From Bugula neritina (Eukaryota; Animalia; Bryozoa), in contig OZ037768.1 of the NCBI GenBank assembly GCA_964035545.1, positions 23,841,319 to 23,905,318 on the forward strand: DNA of 64,000 bases, given 5' to 3'. Position numbers and translations under genes: made by a program. The notes beneath the pieces are model-generated. The model did no database searches, was not told the origin of the DNA, and saw only the letters and a program-made list of their open reading frames with translations. Positions 51,501-64,000 of the stretch are shown here, in pieces. Each line of letters opens with the position of its first letter. Within the stretch, counting starts at the first letter, position 1.

Positions 51501-54500
51501 GTTGTCTGCTAATAAAAATGATAACTTATTGTTAATTACTAAGCAAAGTACTTAATAATTAAGATAGCCACCTTTTTAGGTGGCAATACTTTGACTTTCA
51601 GTAAAATGATTAGGAAAACCTAATTATGTGAAATTATGGACGGTAGAAGATACAAAAAGTGAGAGCATCTAAATTGAATTTAAACGACTAGTATAACGCA
51701 CTGTCATTAGTTATTTGCTGCGTAAATTTAAGCCTAGTAGTCCCGTAAATTTATGAATAAGCTGCACAACAGCTATTAATTTTATATAAGCTGTCAAGCT
51801 AAAATATTAAAATTAATTATCTTAAATTGGCCAAGTTACTTCATACTAAGAGCTTTACTGTGCAGAGTTTATAGCTGGCGTTAAATTTTAGACTATGAAA
51901 ATTTTGTTTTTCAACAGCAGTAGCTTTCATCACTCAGGTGGGTGAAAAAATTATGCTATTAAAGTAGTCTTTACCTAAGAGGAGACAACTCCGAGAGATC
52001 GATCTGACACCCTCATGGAAAAACGATCGATCTGAGCACATGTCTCAGATCGATCTCAGCGAGATCGATCTGAGATCGGTACATGGAAAGCCCGTGAATG
52101 TATCGATCTCAGATCGATCTTGCTGAGATCGATCTGAGAAATGTGCTCAGATCGATCGTTTTTCCATGAGAGTGTCAGATCGATCTCGCAAAGTTGCCTC
52201 CTCTTAAGTGAAGGATACTTTATAAGTATAATTTGTTCACCTATTTGAGTGATTAAAGCTACTACTGTTGAAAACAAAATTGCCGTAGTCTAAAATTTAA
52301 TCCCAGCTATAAACTATACGCAGCAAAGCTTTTGGTGTATGGTAATTTGGCCAATTTAAAATAATTAATTTTAATTTTTTAGCTTGACAGCTTATATAAA
52401 ATTAATGGCTGTCTTGCAGATTATTAATAAACTTACAAGACTGTTAGGCTTAAAATTACAAAGAAAATAGTTATTGAAACTAAGTTTTAATAGTCATTTA
52501 AATTCAATTTAAATTCTCCCATGTTTTTTACCTTCTACTGCATATAATTGAGTTTTCTTAATCATTGTACCGAAAGTCAAAGTTTTGGCATCTGAAAAGG
52601 TGGCTATCATAATTATTTAATACTATGCTTAGTAATTATCAATAAGTTATCATTTTTATGAACAGACAACATTGTAGCGAGCAGTCTTTTTCTACTTCTC
52701 AGATCGATCTGGCGTCTTTCCATGGTCTTATTGACATGAGATCGATCTGAGTTCGAGCTCCACAGACCGACCAGCTCAGATCGACGGAGATCGATCTTTG
52801 ACGTCTTTCCATGGATCGATCTCGCTGAGATCGGTACATGGAAAGCCAGTGAAAAGCTTGTGGGTAAAAACTCAAAGCTAGTAGGTCAAAAGGTGAAAAG
52901 TCAAAGTTATTAGAGCAAAGAACCTGGTGGTAGTATCAGCAAGTGAAGAAAACTCTCAACACTTGACTTACCAATGTTAATAGTTATGACACGATTTAGT
53001 AACTCGGAATCGTCTTCTTTTTCTAGATATTGATAATATTTTAACTACTCCAAGAAGAAGTTTGAATAAAAAGACCTATTAGTAAATTGTAGCACTCAAG
53101 AATTTGAATAACCTAAAATTTTATATAAGCATGCTCATGACACTAGGCCTACTAACATTACTGTTTACATAATTTGTAATATATGTTTTATAGTATTACA
53201 GCATACACTATACTACTATAGTACATGTGCTATAATTTTACTATATAAGAATATAACTAGAACACATGAGCTAATACAAAGCACAAAATTTCACAATTTA
53301 CAAAACCATATTGAATATTTACAACATGGCAAGCCTGATCACCAGACTAAAATGTTTCACCTTCTTGAGCAATCACAACGTGCTTCTTTACCAACTGAGA
53401 TAAAGTCATCTTCGGTTTCTTCTTCATAATGTTCTTCATGGAGGTTTTCCACTGGAAATTGATACAAAATCAACAAGCATCAACACAAGCCTGTATATGG
53501 AGAACAAGTTGTAGTATAAATTAGGTGTTATGTATTGTAAAACTTCAAGTATAGTAGCTTGTAATTAGCAGTTTAACAATTACAACTTTGTTTAGCACAT
53601 ATATAACGAAATTCAATGGCAAAATTACATGAAATACATAAAAAATTGTGATTCTAACCATATTTAGTGAGACTTCTGTGAATAAACTTTTGGTGTATGC
53701 ATGTAGCTATGGTTTACTGTATATGATCAAGTGTACTAGAGGCTGTAGAGTCTAACAGTAGTATATATGTATAATAATATAGCTATAAATTATTATAGAT
53801 AAGACTAGCCTAAAATGTGGTGCTCATCATTTAAAACTTGAATAACTGGTGAGCAATAACACATAGTATATAACTCAACACATGAGAGACAAATAGCAAA
53901 GCTGTGCATATATGCATAATCATTTATTCGCAGGATGTACATACTCGAATAGACGGGAGATTTATGTGGGAAGGAAAGTTTTTGTTAGCTCTGCGCACTG
54001 CCTCTAGTGACATCATGTTTCTGGAGGCAGCATAGCGACTACTCGGTGCACTCAGGGATCGTTTTCTCTTTACGATAAAAGGCAAATCTGAAGAAGTTAT
54101 TATATCTGAAGTTGTGTCCTCGGAATCTTCATCAGCCTGAATGGGAATCCCTATAGGTAAGCCACTGTTTACACAGTATTCAGAATATCTACAAGCATAA
54201 TATACTATGTCGTAAGAGTCCTGGTCTTGGGTATAGGTGGAGAACAACTATGTAAATCTAATAAACTTGTAATTAAGATATTTGCAAGCTGTTAGACTGT
54301 TGCTCCTAAAATGGTCTACTTTAGAACAAAATGGTGATAAGGGACCTATAGTATATACCACCTAAAAATGACTTAATGTTCAGATATTTGGGAATATGTA
54401 TTTCATACAATATATCACAACATATATGTCTAAGAACATAATACAACATATTATATAATACTATAATATTGTATAAACCTATAACATAATAATCATAATC

Positions 54501-57500
54501 AATATATTATAGGGGATCATAATAATATTCTTGATAAACAGTTATGTAATCATAGAGTAGATATAGTTTAGATTTTGATAAATAACAATTTATGTGTTTC
54601 TATAAAGGTGTTGCATTTCAGTTTAAAAGCAATTTGATTAATTTATAGAACATCAAAGATATTTATCTGATCACAAGAGGAGAAATGAGAAATGAGAAAG
54701 TGGAACAGCTAGTACTAAGGGAAGACATACTGGCCACATATGAAAGCTTCGTATTTATCAGATTCTGGCTTTGGGTGTTTCTTCAGCTTTCCCGTCTTCT
54801 CATCAATTGTGGTCTCAGACTTGACCAGCTTTTTGAACACGTCAACACTACCCTGCAACAAGACCTCTATCTTTAATACAATGAGCTCTATCTAGTACAA
54901 TGAGCTCTATCTAGTACAATGAGCTCTAGCTAAATTCTAGTAGAACTGAAACTAGCTATTACAATATTCACTAAAATTTCAAATCTAAAATTAATGAAGC
55001 TGAAATCAGTGCAGATGACCAGTGCAGATGACCAGTGCAGATGGCCAGTGCAGATGACCAGTGCAGATGACCAGTGCAGATGACCAGTGCAGATGACCAG
55101 TGCAGATGACCAGTGCAGATGACCAGTGCAGATGACCAGTGCAGAAGTCTCTTGTAAAACTTACAGATTTGATCACGTATAGCCAGTCGTTGAAATTGCT
55201 GTCTTTAACCATAACAGCACCTCGTCTGCAAATACATAAGAATCATAGCAAGGTATGATGTTATAGTACAATATTTTAAATAAATAAGCAATATGTAATA
55301 TAATGCAATGTGTACTATATGCAATAGCATATAGAAATATATTTTAGAAACAATAAATATATTATATCATATTATACTATACTATATTATATTATATTAT
55401 ATTTTATCATATTATACTATATTATATTATAGTATATTAGAAATATATTTTTAAAGTAATGCTGTCACAGAGCTATGTGCTTTAATAGCACCTCTCAGTT
55501 CTTTTCAACTATAGATACAATGTCTGACAACTATGTTTGTTATTTCATACTTACGGAAAATAAGTGAAGACAAATGATTTGGGGTTAATATCAAGTAGAT
55601 GTGCAGGGAATCCTTCTAGAAATTCTAGACTCCTACAAGAATTATTTAATGAAGAGTTATACATGCTGCAGGTAGTGAAATAGTTGTGTATTTTGTTTAT
55701 CCATCTGCATGTAAACAAGTTTCCTTATGCGTGTATAGTATATGCTAGATAAGAAAAATCTATAGACTAATTCTTGTGTGTATATAGAAATGTTATATTC
55801 TATATTATATTGTATGTTTATATAATGATATAACATATAAGAGATATGTACAAAATAACATGTGTGTATATACTAGACATGCTAAATTACATAATATAAT
55901 GCACTTATATATTAAAATTTTATACTTTTTAAATGTTTGAATAAAACTAATAGGAAAACTAATAAAGTGATTTTATTAACATGAAAGTTGAAATTTATTG
56001 AAACTCACTGAATAAACTCATCATGATCAGGATCGGTGATCTTCTTGGCTCCGCCCACCATGAATATTTGCTCGTAAACCTGGAATATTTGCACCAATAA
56101 GTTTAGAAGATAGTATAGAACTAGAAGGTTACTCACAGAGATCCGCATACATCAACTGGGGTTAAAAATCTCAATCATTACATAAATAATTGAATTTTGA
56201 TGTCTACGATGTGCTTAAACCAAAGAGTCAATTTACCAACTGCTATACTTTTTGGCCAAGGATGTCAGCTGTTTAGTCTAATATGATTCCTTTTTCATGA
56301 ATTTCCAATAACATGCACATAAACATATATAAATAAAGATTAATAAGTTGAAAATTTCCCATTACTGCGTGAACATGGTTAGATATAACTGAGCATGATG
56401 AAATACACAACTGACCTCCTTCTTGATAGAGATGAGTTCTATGTCACTCTCACTGATAACTGAAGACTGTCTAACAGATTCAGTCACTATGGCCAACTCC
56501 TACAGTGAATAGTGACACAGTGACAAAGTGACATAGTGAGACAGTGACTACAGTGAATAGTGACACAGTAACACAGTGACACAGTGACATAGTGAATAGT
56601 GACACAGTGATACAGTGAATAGTGACACAGTGACAAAGTGACATAGTGACACAGTGAGACAGTGACTACAGTGAATAGTGACACAGTAACACAGTGACAC
56701 AGTGACATAGTGAATAGTGACACAGTGATACAGTGAATAGTGACACAGTAACGCAGTGACACAGTGAATAGTGACATAGTGAGTTAGCTAGCGAAACAGT
56801 GATAGTCAACTGCTTTTATGTAGCTACTGCTATTATTAACAAATGCTGGGTGTCTCTGTGACCCCCCCCCTCCTTGTGAGTGAGATTGGTAATAGCCTCC
56901 CAGAAGCTATTAGTGGTCACAGTAGTCTGAGGTGTAATCACATGCAGGTTGGATTAGGCACAAATATCATACATGCAGAAATACAGCCTAACTTATAAAC
57001 TATGCGGAATGCTATCTCAGCTACAAATAGTCATGCTCTGTATATTATGCTGCTAAGAGATTTACATATACTCAAACTTACTGCTATTATATATTTTTCA
57101 TAATTAAAGGACTTGAATATGCATCTGGAAACTGAATCCTATAAGACATATTTCATTGGCTTCTGCTGCCCCAAAAGCACATTATATATATATTATAATG
57201 TTTTAAATAAGTTGCATTATTAGTTTTGAAATATACTCACACCAAAACTTTCCCCCCTTTCTAGAACGCACACAACTTTCTTCTCCGCTCCTTCGTCCAC
57301 CGTTACAGCCACTACAGAAAATAATGTGGAAAAATATCTTAGATGATAGCATAAAATAACATTTTATTAACTTAATTTAAAACATTATAATGAAACTTTT
57401 TTATAGACAGAAAGGCAATCTAAAATTCTAGACTGTTTTACCTTTTGGGTTTACAAAATGTAGCCCAAGTTCTTACCAGAACCATAGAAGATATAGTAGA

Positions 57501-60068
57501 AAGCTTGCGGAGGGTGCCCCTGTTTTACCACGCATCTTTTCTCATTATAACACTCCAGTTCGCCATATTTGGCTATCAGCTGTTGCATACGAACTGGGTA
57601 GTTGGCTATTTGTTTGTGGGATCTTAAGGCTATCATCACCTGTATATAGACAAAGAGCTAAGGCTATTGTCATCTGCATAAACAGAGCTAAGGCTATTTC
57701 AACAGAAGGTATTTCAAGACTATCTAAATAATATCATTGTAGGACTACAAACTGGTCCATTTTTATGTAAAATAAGTAGAATTATGCACATGAAAGTGGA
57801 TATCTTTCTGCAGTCCAGTATCTCCTGTAAATATCTTCTGTCAGCTGATTATCTACTCAGTATTTACTCTGCATCAGGGGTTAAGAAAATTATGACCACA
57901 ATTCTTATACTTTATTAGTACAAGTAATAATAAAGTATAAAGATTTCGGTCATGATTTTGGAAATTTTCTATTCCTACACTAAATAAACTTTTACAGTTT
58001 TGACAAACTATTTGATTGATAAAAAATAATAGGCCTTCTAACTTTATCTTTCTCACCAAACTCCTAGCAAAGTGGGGTTACTATAGCACATATTACAAAG
58101 ACTATATAAGAATAAAGAGAGACAAACGCAGTGTATCTCAGCATCAGTTCTGTACTGAGGAAGAATAAAGAGAGACTAACGTAGTGTATCTCAGCATCAG
58201 TTCTGTACTGAGGAAGAATCGTAAGAATACGTCTAGCTTCTGTCGGGACTTTCTGCTGTTTGTTGGCTTTGAACGCCGCGACATCAAACAGGATGTCCTT
58301 TGGTTTCTCTTCTTCTGCAGGCGGTTTTATTAGCTTAGTGAGGAAATCCAGCTTCTCATCTCTGATTGGTTGATAAAGAGAGAATGATGTTAGGAGAAGA
58401 TAACACACACAAAACTAGGTTTAATATGTATTATAGTATTTGATAATTATACCTTGATATATTGCATGGTTTTTGAAATAATACTATATATAATATCATA
58501 TGCAGTATGCATATTGTATACTAACAGAGCATATAATTATAAAACGCAATATGGATTAGGAACTATTATCAATATAATATATGTTTTCAAGTTTACAATG
58601 ATAGCGGCAGCTGCAAATAAATTGCTGCTGAATTTATAGTAAATACAAATATTTTCCTTTATATATGCAGAAAGCAATTTTTAAATGGTGCACCACTTCA
58701 TACAGCTATGCAGCCACTACAGGGTCTGTGTTAGTTATTATTATTATGTCTATCAAAGAGACTTCCTGGTAAATAAACATTTTTTGAAATATGAAATACA
58801 TAACTACATTATAGTCTATACAAAAGAAAGCAGCCATATTGACTTTTGCATCAAATATGCGAAAAATCAATAAAATTTTATAGCAACACCATGAAAAAAC
58901 AACAAACCTCTTTTATAAGTGTAATTTAGGGTTTAGAATCAATTCTTACTGCTGGAATCATTTAGTCCAACCCTTTGAATATACACCAGGTTTATTACAT
59001 ACACTAAACATACTATAGGCTAGGGTAATTTATGATAAGTAATACCAAACACTGTAATAAAATGTATAGATTAGTATTGTTTACTGTTATATGTACTGTG
59101 AATATGAAGTGTGGAAAGCTAATGTGAAATTTTTGACTTTAGCGCATATTTACTGCCTCTTAAAGCAGATGCCCTAAATTAAAAATGTGTGAATGTATCT
59201 TATTTTAAAGCTTGTTATATAATGTAATACTTTCACAAAAATACTGGTGTACGTAGTTTTTAATTGTACAATCCCATCACATCAACAAATATTGGTCTGA
59301 AATTCAGATGTACTTACGACAATATCATGTTGCTGACAGACTTGAGGTGCTTGTACCACCAGTGTCTAAGGAATAGTGACAGTTTCAAAGCAATTCCTAT
59401 CTTTTTTTTCACGTTTATCTATAAGAAGTAGTGTTTACTGACTATAATACCAACAAATGCGTAAACTGTTTAAAAAATTGCAAATAAGTTTAAACCTTGA
59501 AAATATGTGTTTTAGATAAAAATATCTTTTTCATTCTCAAAATATGCTTTGCAATTATTTATAAGTAATAGACACACATAAAAAGCTATTAATGTTCTTT
59601 TACTGTAGCGATTTGGGTATACGAGAGTTTAAACATTAAAAACCTCAGGAGATCAGAGTGTAGATAGACTTTGAAATTATTTGATTGCTAGTTACTATAT
59701 GAAATAAAAGATATGTACAACTGTGTCAGTAGCTTGACTTCTATAGTTACCCTTTTTAGTTTCTTCTCATTGTCTTCTTCTATAAATCTTTTCCAATGGT
59801 CTGTAACTCTCGCATTAGAAATACCAGGTTTTATTAGCGACTGCTTACGTAATCCAGATACTTTGTGTTGCGGGTAGCCAATGGGACCACCCTTAACAGC
59901 AGCTGAACTAGTTCTACTCAACAGCGGAGAACGATTTGGAGACTTGCTAACTAAAGACGCCTTTCTCATTCGTAAGGTGTCAAAGCTCTGCCTCGGAGTG
60001 GAGTTGATATCTTCTGCCACTGGCATTGAAACTTTCCTTGGTATAGTCCTTTTCACAACATCAGCCAT
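48593..60068 (-). CDS. Cyclic nucleotide-binding domain-containing protein (CNBD2/CNBD1-like), ~16 coding exons
   Basis: Exons 60068-59739, 59418-59318, 58361-58181, 57639-57477, 57311-57241, 56499-56416, 56079-56009, 55632-55555, 55225-55165, 54852-54731, 54188-53945, 53451-53361, 53022-52972, 50639-50536, 49551-49477, 48868-48593 are phase-consistent. First cNMP domain: VVKQGHPPQAFYYIFYGS...LERGESFGELAIVTESVRQSSV; second, split domain: RGAVMVKD..WLYVIKSGSVDV ... FVKVQTLTKGSEFGL...LVSNGAECIMINK. No channel, kinase or GEF domain recognised. Confidence 0.85.
49668..49745. repeat. 19-bp repeat x4
   Basis: Unit GACTTTGTCTAACGTGGAT. Confidence 0.9.
51294..52851. mobile_element. CACTA-like non-autonomous element, copy 3 (same orientation as copy 1), interrupted by copy 2
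   Basis: Left TIR split into CACGGGCTTTCAAT (51294-51307) and GTATCGATCTCAG (from 52100); right end ...CATGGAAAGCCAGTG (CACTG on the minus strand); flanked by AAA/AAA. Confidence 0.85.
51308..52096. mobile_element. CACTA-like non-autonomous element, copy 2 (opposite orientation to copy 1), nested in the left TIR of copy 3
   Basis: Starts CACCGGCTTTCCATGTACCGATCTCAG, ends CTGAGATCGGTACATGGAAAGCCCGTG; flanked by AAT/AAT; internal sequence is the reverse complement of 30330-31108. Confidence 0.9.
55006..55145. repeat. 13-bp minisatellite, ~10 copies
   Basis: Unit CAGTGCAGATGAC. Confidence 0.95.
56500..56780. repeat. Compound (AGTGACAC/AGTGAAT)n repeat adjoining a CNBD acceptor
   Basis: Direct reading; includes copies of CTACAGTGAATAGTGAC. 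Confidence 0.9.
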
Positions 60069-61221
60069 GCTTAAAGTGGCAACAATCATTAGACACAATA
60101 AAAACTGATTATAAATAATTTAGTAGCAGATAATGTTGTATGTCGTACATCAACTATAAACCATAATCTTTTAATGTGCCAGACGCATGTACCAACCAAC
60201 TATGCTGCCAAAAGAGGGTGTGCAAATGACTCTCTTATCATAAGCAAGAAATTGTTTTGTTTATATGACATATAATCCTATATCCAAGTCAACTTCATAA
60301 TAAACCATGTTTTTATAGAGATAATGGGTTACTAGAAACTATTCATCCAATAGAAATCTTCTATTCATGTTGACTCGTACAATAAACCATCAACCTAAAG
60401 GGAAATCAATATCACTACTCAAAGAACACAAAGGACGACATGATATTTAACATCGTGCCCATGTCATACACTAATTGAGCTATATTTTTATTTTATTTGA
60501 GTAATTAGATAATGGGAATGTACTCATTGCAGAGAAATATTATTTATTATCTATTAGCTTTATTCAATAAACACCTATGTGTGACGCAATATCATGAGCT
60601 TTAAATAGAGGGAATGATGTTATAGTTTAATCTGATGAAAAGCAACCACAGCAAAGATAGTCAAGACAGTAGAAAGCTTTCCAAAATGCTGCTCACAATA
60701 AATGCTACAAACATTTGTAAGAATTTAACATCACAGATGTTTGAGTAGAAAGGTATGAATGTTAATTCGTGTCATGCTAATAAATGCCTGTAATGACAAT
60801 GGCAAAGAGTTTTCTACATTCGTTTAACTATAATGCCTTGGATTGTGTTTTTTACAGTATTTTCTAGGTAAAGAAAATATTTATAAAATGAAAAGATGCT
60901 AAATTAATGGTTGACTAAACTTTTATTGTAGTAGTCTTCATCAAAATACAACGCATATTATAACATAAATATCATATAAGAGACAACACATGTAATATAA
61001 ATTCAAACATTTAAGTAAATATATTTAGAATATTCATAGACTTTTCAGTAAAAAGATAGTAACAGAGAATCAACAACAGTTTTGTTTATAAATAGAAGAA
61101 ATGTAATACAAAAGTAAAAACTTTTCCTAGTCAACTAAACTATAGATCCAGTTACCAGTATTTGAGTAGTTAGTAAAACAAAACTCTAGAAGAATAATAG
61201 ATGAGTTGTAGAGATGGATAT

Positions 61222-63421
61222 CTAAGTGGAGACTTTCATATTATGAGAAATAGCTGACACGTTAGAAAACAACTTCCTGATAGTATAGACCTGCGTTACA
61301 CTAGCCAACACCATCACTACCAGCTGGCCACCTACAAGCAAGAGACACAACTCCTATAAGAAGAACTGTTAGGTACGGGGAATTGTCCTCTCCCTTCAGA
61401 GACCAACTAATAAGCTGCAGCAGAACCAACATTGGAAATAAGTAAAGGTGCTGAGAATTTTCCATACAAATTTATACGTTACAGGGCTTAATGTTATCAC
61501 TGTTACTACAGGTGAGAGCAATGTCAACAAGTGAAGGAGTCATATGTCAACAGGTGAGAGAAATGCCAACAGGTGAAGGAGTTATGTGTCTGCAGATGAA
61601 TGAGTCATACACATAAGGCTTCTCAGTCAAATCACATTGTGTTAAGGAAAGAAGCAGAATTATTATCTTTTGTAGAAGACTAGTAACTATTCTCTCTGAG
61701 GCATTAAAGCAGCAAGCATGTTAAAGCCCAAACAAACAGTTCAACATTCAAATCTAAGTTTTTAAATCACATTATTTGATGTCTAAATAAATTGAACTTA
61801 TACAACGGAGCCATTTTATAAGACTAGAAAATATTTCCCAGCCGAGGTGCTGAAACTCAACCAACCTGAGAAGAGGTTTACACGGGAGAAGTTGGCTCTC
61901 TGCACAATGTAGTCTTTGACATTGGAGGAACGAATCGACTGCTGAAGAAACCTCATCTTTTCTGCTGATAGCTGCATAGTCTCAATAGATTTCTATAGCA
62001 AGGCAAGAGAAGATAAATCATATATATGAGTGACCGGTTAAATACATCATTTAGAGTTACCTGAAAAAAACACCATTTATCAGGTTATCTTTGGACTTTA
62101 AATTGACCAATTGGGTATTTAAAAGTAAGAATTAAACAGAAAGTAAAATAGTTACAATAATGATAATTTATTATACGCTTAATTTAAATTTCAACTAATT
62201 ACAATGGTGATACAATGATGAGTTAAAGTAAAGTGAGCTAACATGGTCATGCACTAAAGGAAGTTCCTTCTAAGTATGATGCACAAAATGCCAGAGAGCA
62301 ACATAGCAAGCACCTGTTGGAGACTGTCACCCCAGGAATTAGTAATGAGAGAATGAGTCATTTCTTTACAGCATAAATACTTTTGATTTCTTCATTTAGT
62401 CTAGAAGTTTAGCAGTTTAAAAATAGCAATGCGTTGGAGCAGTAAAGATTTGCAAAATGTTTGGTCTATTTAAAACGTTAAAATTGCAAACGCTTTAGTC
62501 TTAGCACCTTAGATTTATTTCCCCAAAGTGTGATGGAATTTCGACCTGAAAAGAAATGTTAGGAAGATTTCCAGTGAGAGTAAGAGTTGTGCACACCTTG
62601 CCCAATAGCTCCTACACCTACACAGACATAGCTCAGACACCGTAGTGCCACAATATTACTAGAATCTCATTGGAGGACATCTCCATGATAGTGCTAGCCA
62701 CTTCCTGTGAGTTCGCCTGCTCATCCAAGTGCTTGAACGGCCACGTCTCATCCAGCACTTCCGAGTAGAGACCCAAATAGACTGTTACAGCATGACGCAC
62801 GTAGCGACTGTCTAAACATATCTCATATATACCCTTCTCAGTGAGGTGTAACCTACAGAATGTAATACTAAATATATACCCTTCTCAGTGAGGTGTAACC
62901 TACAATATGTAATAATAAATATGTGAAGAAAAATCTACAGCATATAACAAAGAAATGGGAAGGCTGGGAAAATAACAAAGTAATACAATATACGGAATAA
63001 TATAATATAATAAAGCGCAAAATATAATATTTATAATTCTAAGGCATACTTGCCATGGCAGGGAAAATTTACATTACACAACCTTCAAGTATTATTATAT
63101 AATTTAAAGGCAAAGAGGTATTGTACATTTGTTCTTTGTAATTCTAAATATGCTTAAAAATGCTCATAAAGGTACAGTTTAAGCAGTATTTAAAACTCAA
63201 CATAATCTTATTGAAGTTTTACTTTGCAGGTAAAAACTTCTGGGCTAGTGGCATTCACGGAGTTAACATTGTAGGAGACATTTTCTATTAGGGCCACTGT
63301 ATTTGTGTATTTTGATTCTAAGAACTTACTGGTGAGAGTTATGTGGTCTGTTTATATCAGCAACGACTATTGAATTAGCAGGTGATTTGATCTCAAAGTT
63401 GATTGGTGATTGGTCCAACAC
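61222..63421 (-). CDS. p24/TMED (emp24/gp25L, GOLD-domain) cargo receptor, gamma-subfamily-like; 5' exon(s) not identified
   Basis: Exons 63421-63330, 62852-62660, 61992-61866, 61331-61222 in frame: INFEIKSP...EKGIYEICLDSRY..VTVYLGL (GOLD domain), coiled coil ending DYIVQRANFSRVNLFS, TM segment QLVVMVLASVTQVYTIRKLF and a short tail. Absent from the ORF track because the exons are short. Confidence 0.85.
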
Positions 63422-64000
63422 CTGAAAACAAATCCAATTATGAGCCTAAAATTATGATTCAATCAAAGTAAATATATCTTAAAAAGTTTCGAATCAATAT
63501 GATCGATCTATGGTTTCAATGTCTATCACAAGTATAAAAGTTAATTTAAAACATTTCATAAACAATTGAAAAAAATTTAATTCTTATTTATGCCAGAAGA
63601 AGATTGCAAAGTTATCTACTTGATTGGCAACAGGCAGTGTCAAACATAATCTACGATTTACAACCCTACATCATCTACATCACAACAGAAATGACACCAA
63701 AAATAACTTCTAATGGTGAAATGATCAAGAAAAAACCAACAGCAATTGATAAGCAAAATATTTTTGCTTTCACAACTTTGTCAATAGTGATCCATAAAGG
63801 CCACTCTCTACTTTCATTTCAACTTCGTGATTTCAAATTACCCAAAACTTGTTGAAATTCATAAAACTAATTATCATGATTAGCATTACAATGACAGCAA
63901 GTATATTTATATTGATAGTTGATCTTGCTGTTATAAGCTTACACTCGTCTTTCGGTAAGTCATAAAGTCGTAAAAACTCACAAGTAAAAAAGTGAGAGAG

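Noticed and set aside
52056-52277. ORF within the transposon copies
   Set aside because: Short, no transposase motif; the elements are non-autonomous.
63222-63296. Possible extra TMED exon (ALIENVSYNVNSVNATSPEVFTCK) and a possible exon at 63942-64000
   Set aside because: Phases are incompatible with the neighbouring exons, which join in frame without them.

Overview
AT-rich, intron-rich metazoan (invertebrate-like) genomic DNA, not prokaryotic. Seven spliced protein-coding genes can be reconstructed by hand from GT-AG boundaries and reading-frame continuity: EXOC7 (+, 17 exons), an SLC38A11-like amino-acid transporter (-, two candidate first coding exons), a Mondo/MLXIP-ChREBP bHLH-Zip factor (-), two tandem paralogs of an unrecognised Trp/Cys-rich membrane protein (+), a CNBD2-like cyclic-nucleotide-binding protein (-) and the 3' part of a p24/TMED gene (-). 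Most long ORFs in the supplied track are artefacts of minisatellites. Mobile DNA comprises three ~0.78 kb non-autonomous CACTA-like elements (two nested into a ~1.55 kb palindrome), a small MITE-like element and two tRNA-derived SINE-like heads. The two most unusual signals are (1) a degenerate 6-bp-periodic (AnT-nnn)n lattice seen at gene 5' regions (1-1850, 39230-41400, probably 63640-64000) and (2) intronic tandem repeats that repeatedly start at, and copy, splice sites. All coordinates were counted by hand and may be off by a few bases; repeat boundaries and copy numbers are approximate.
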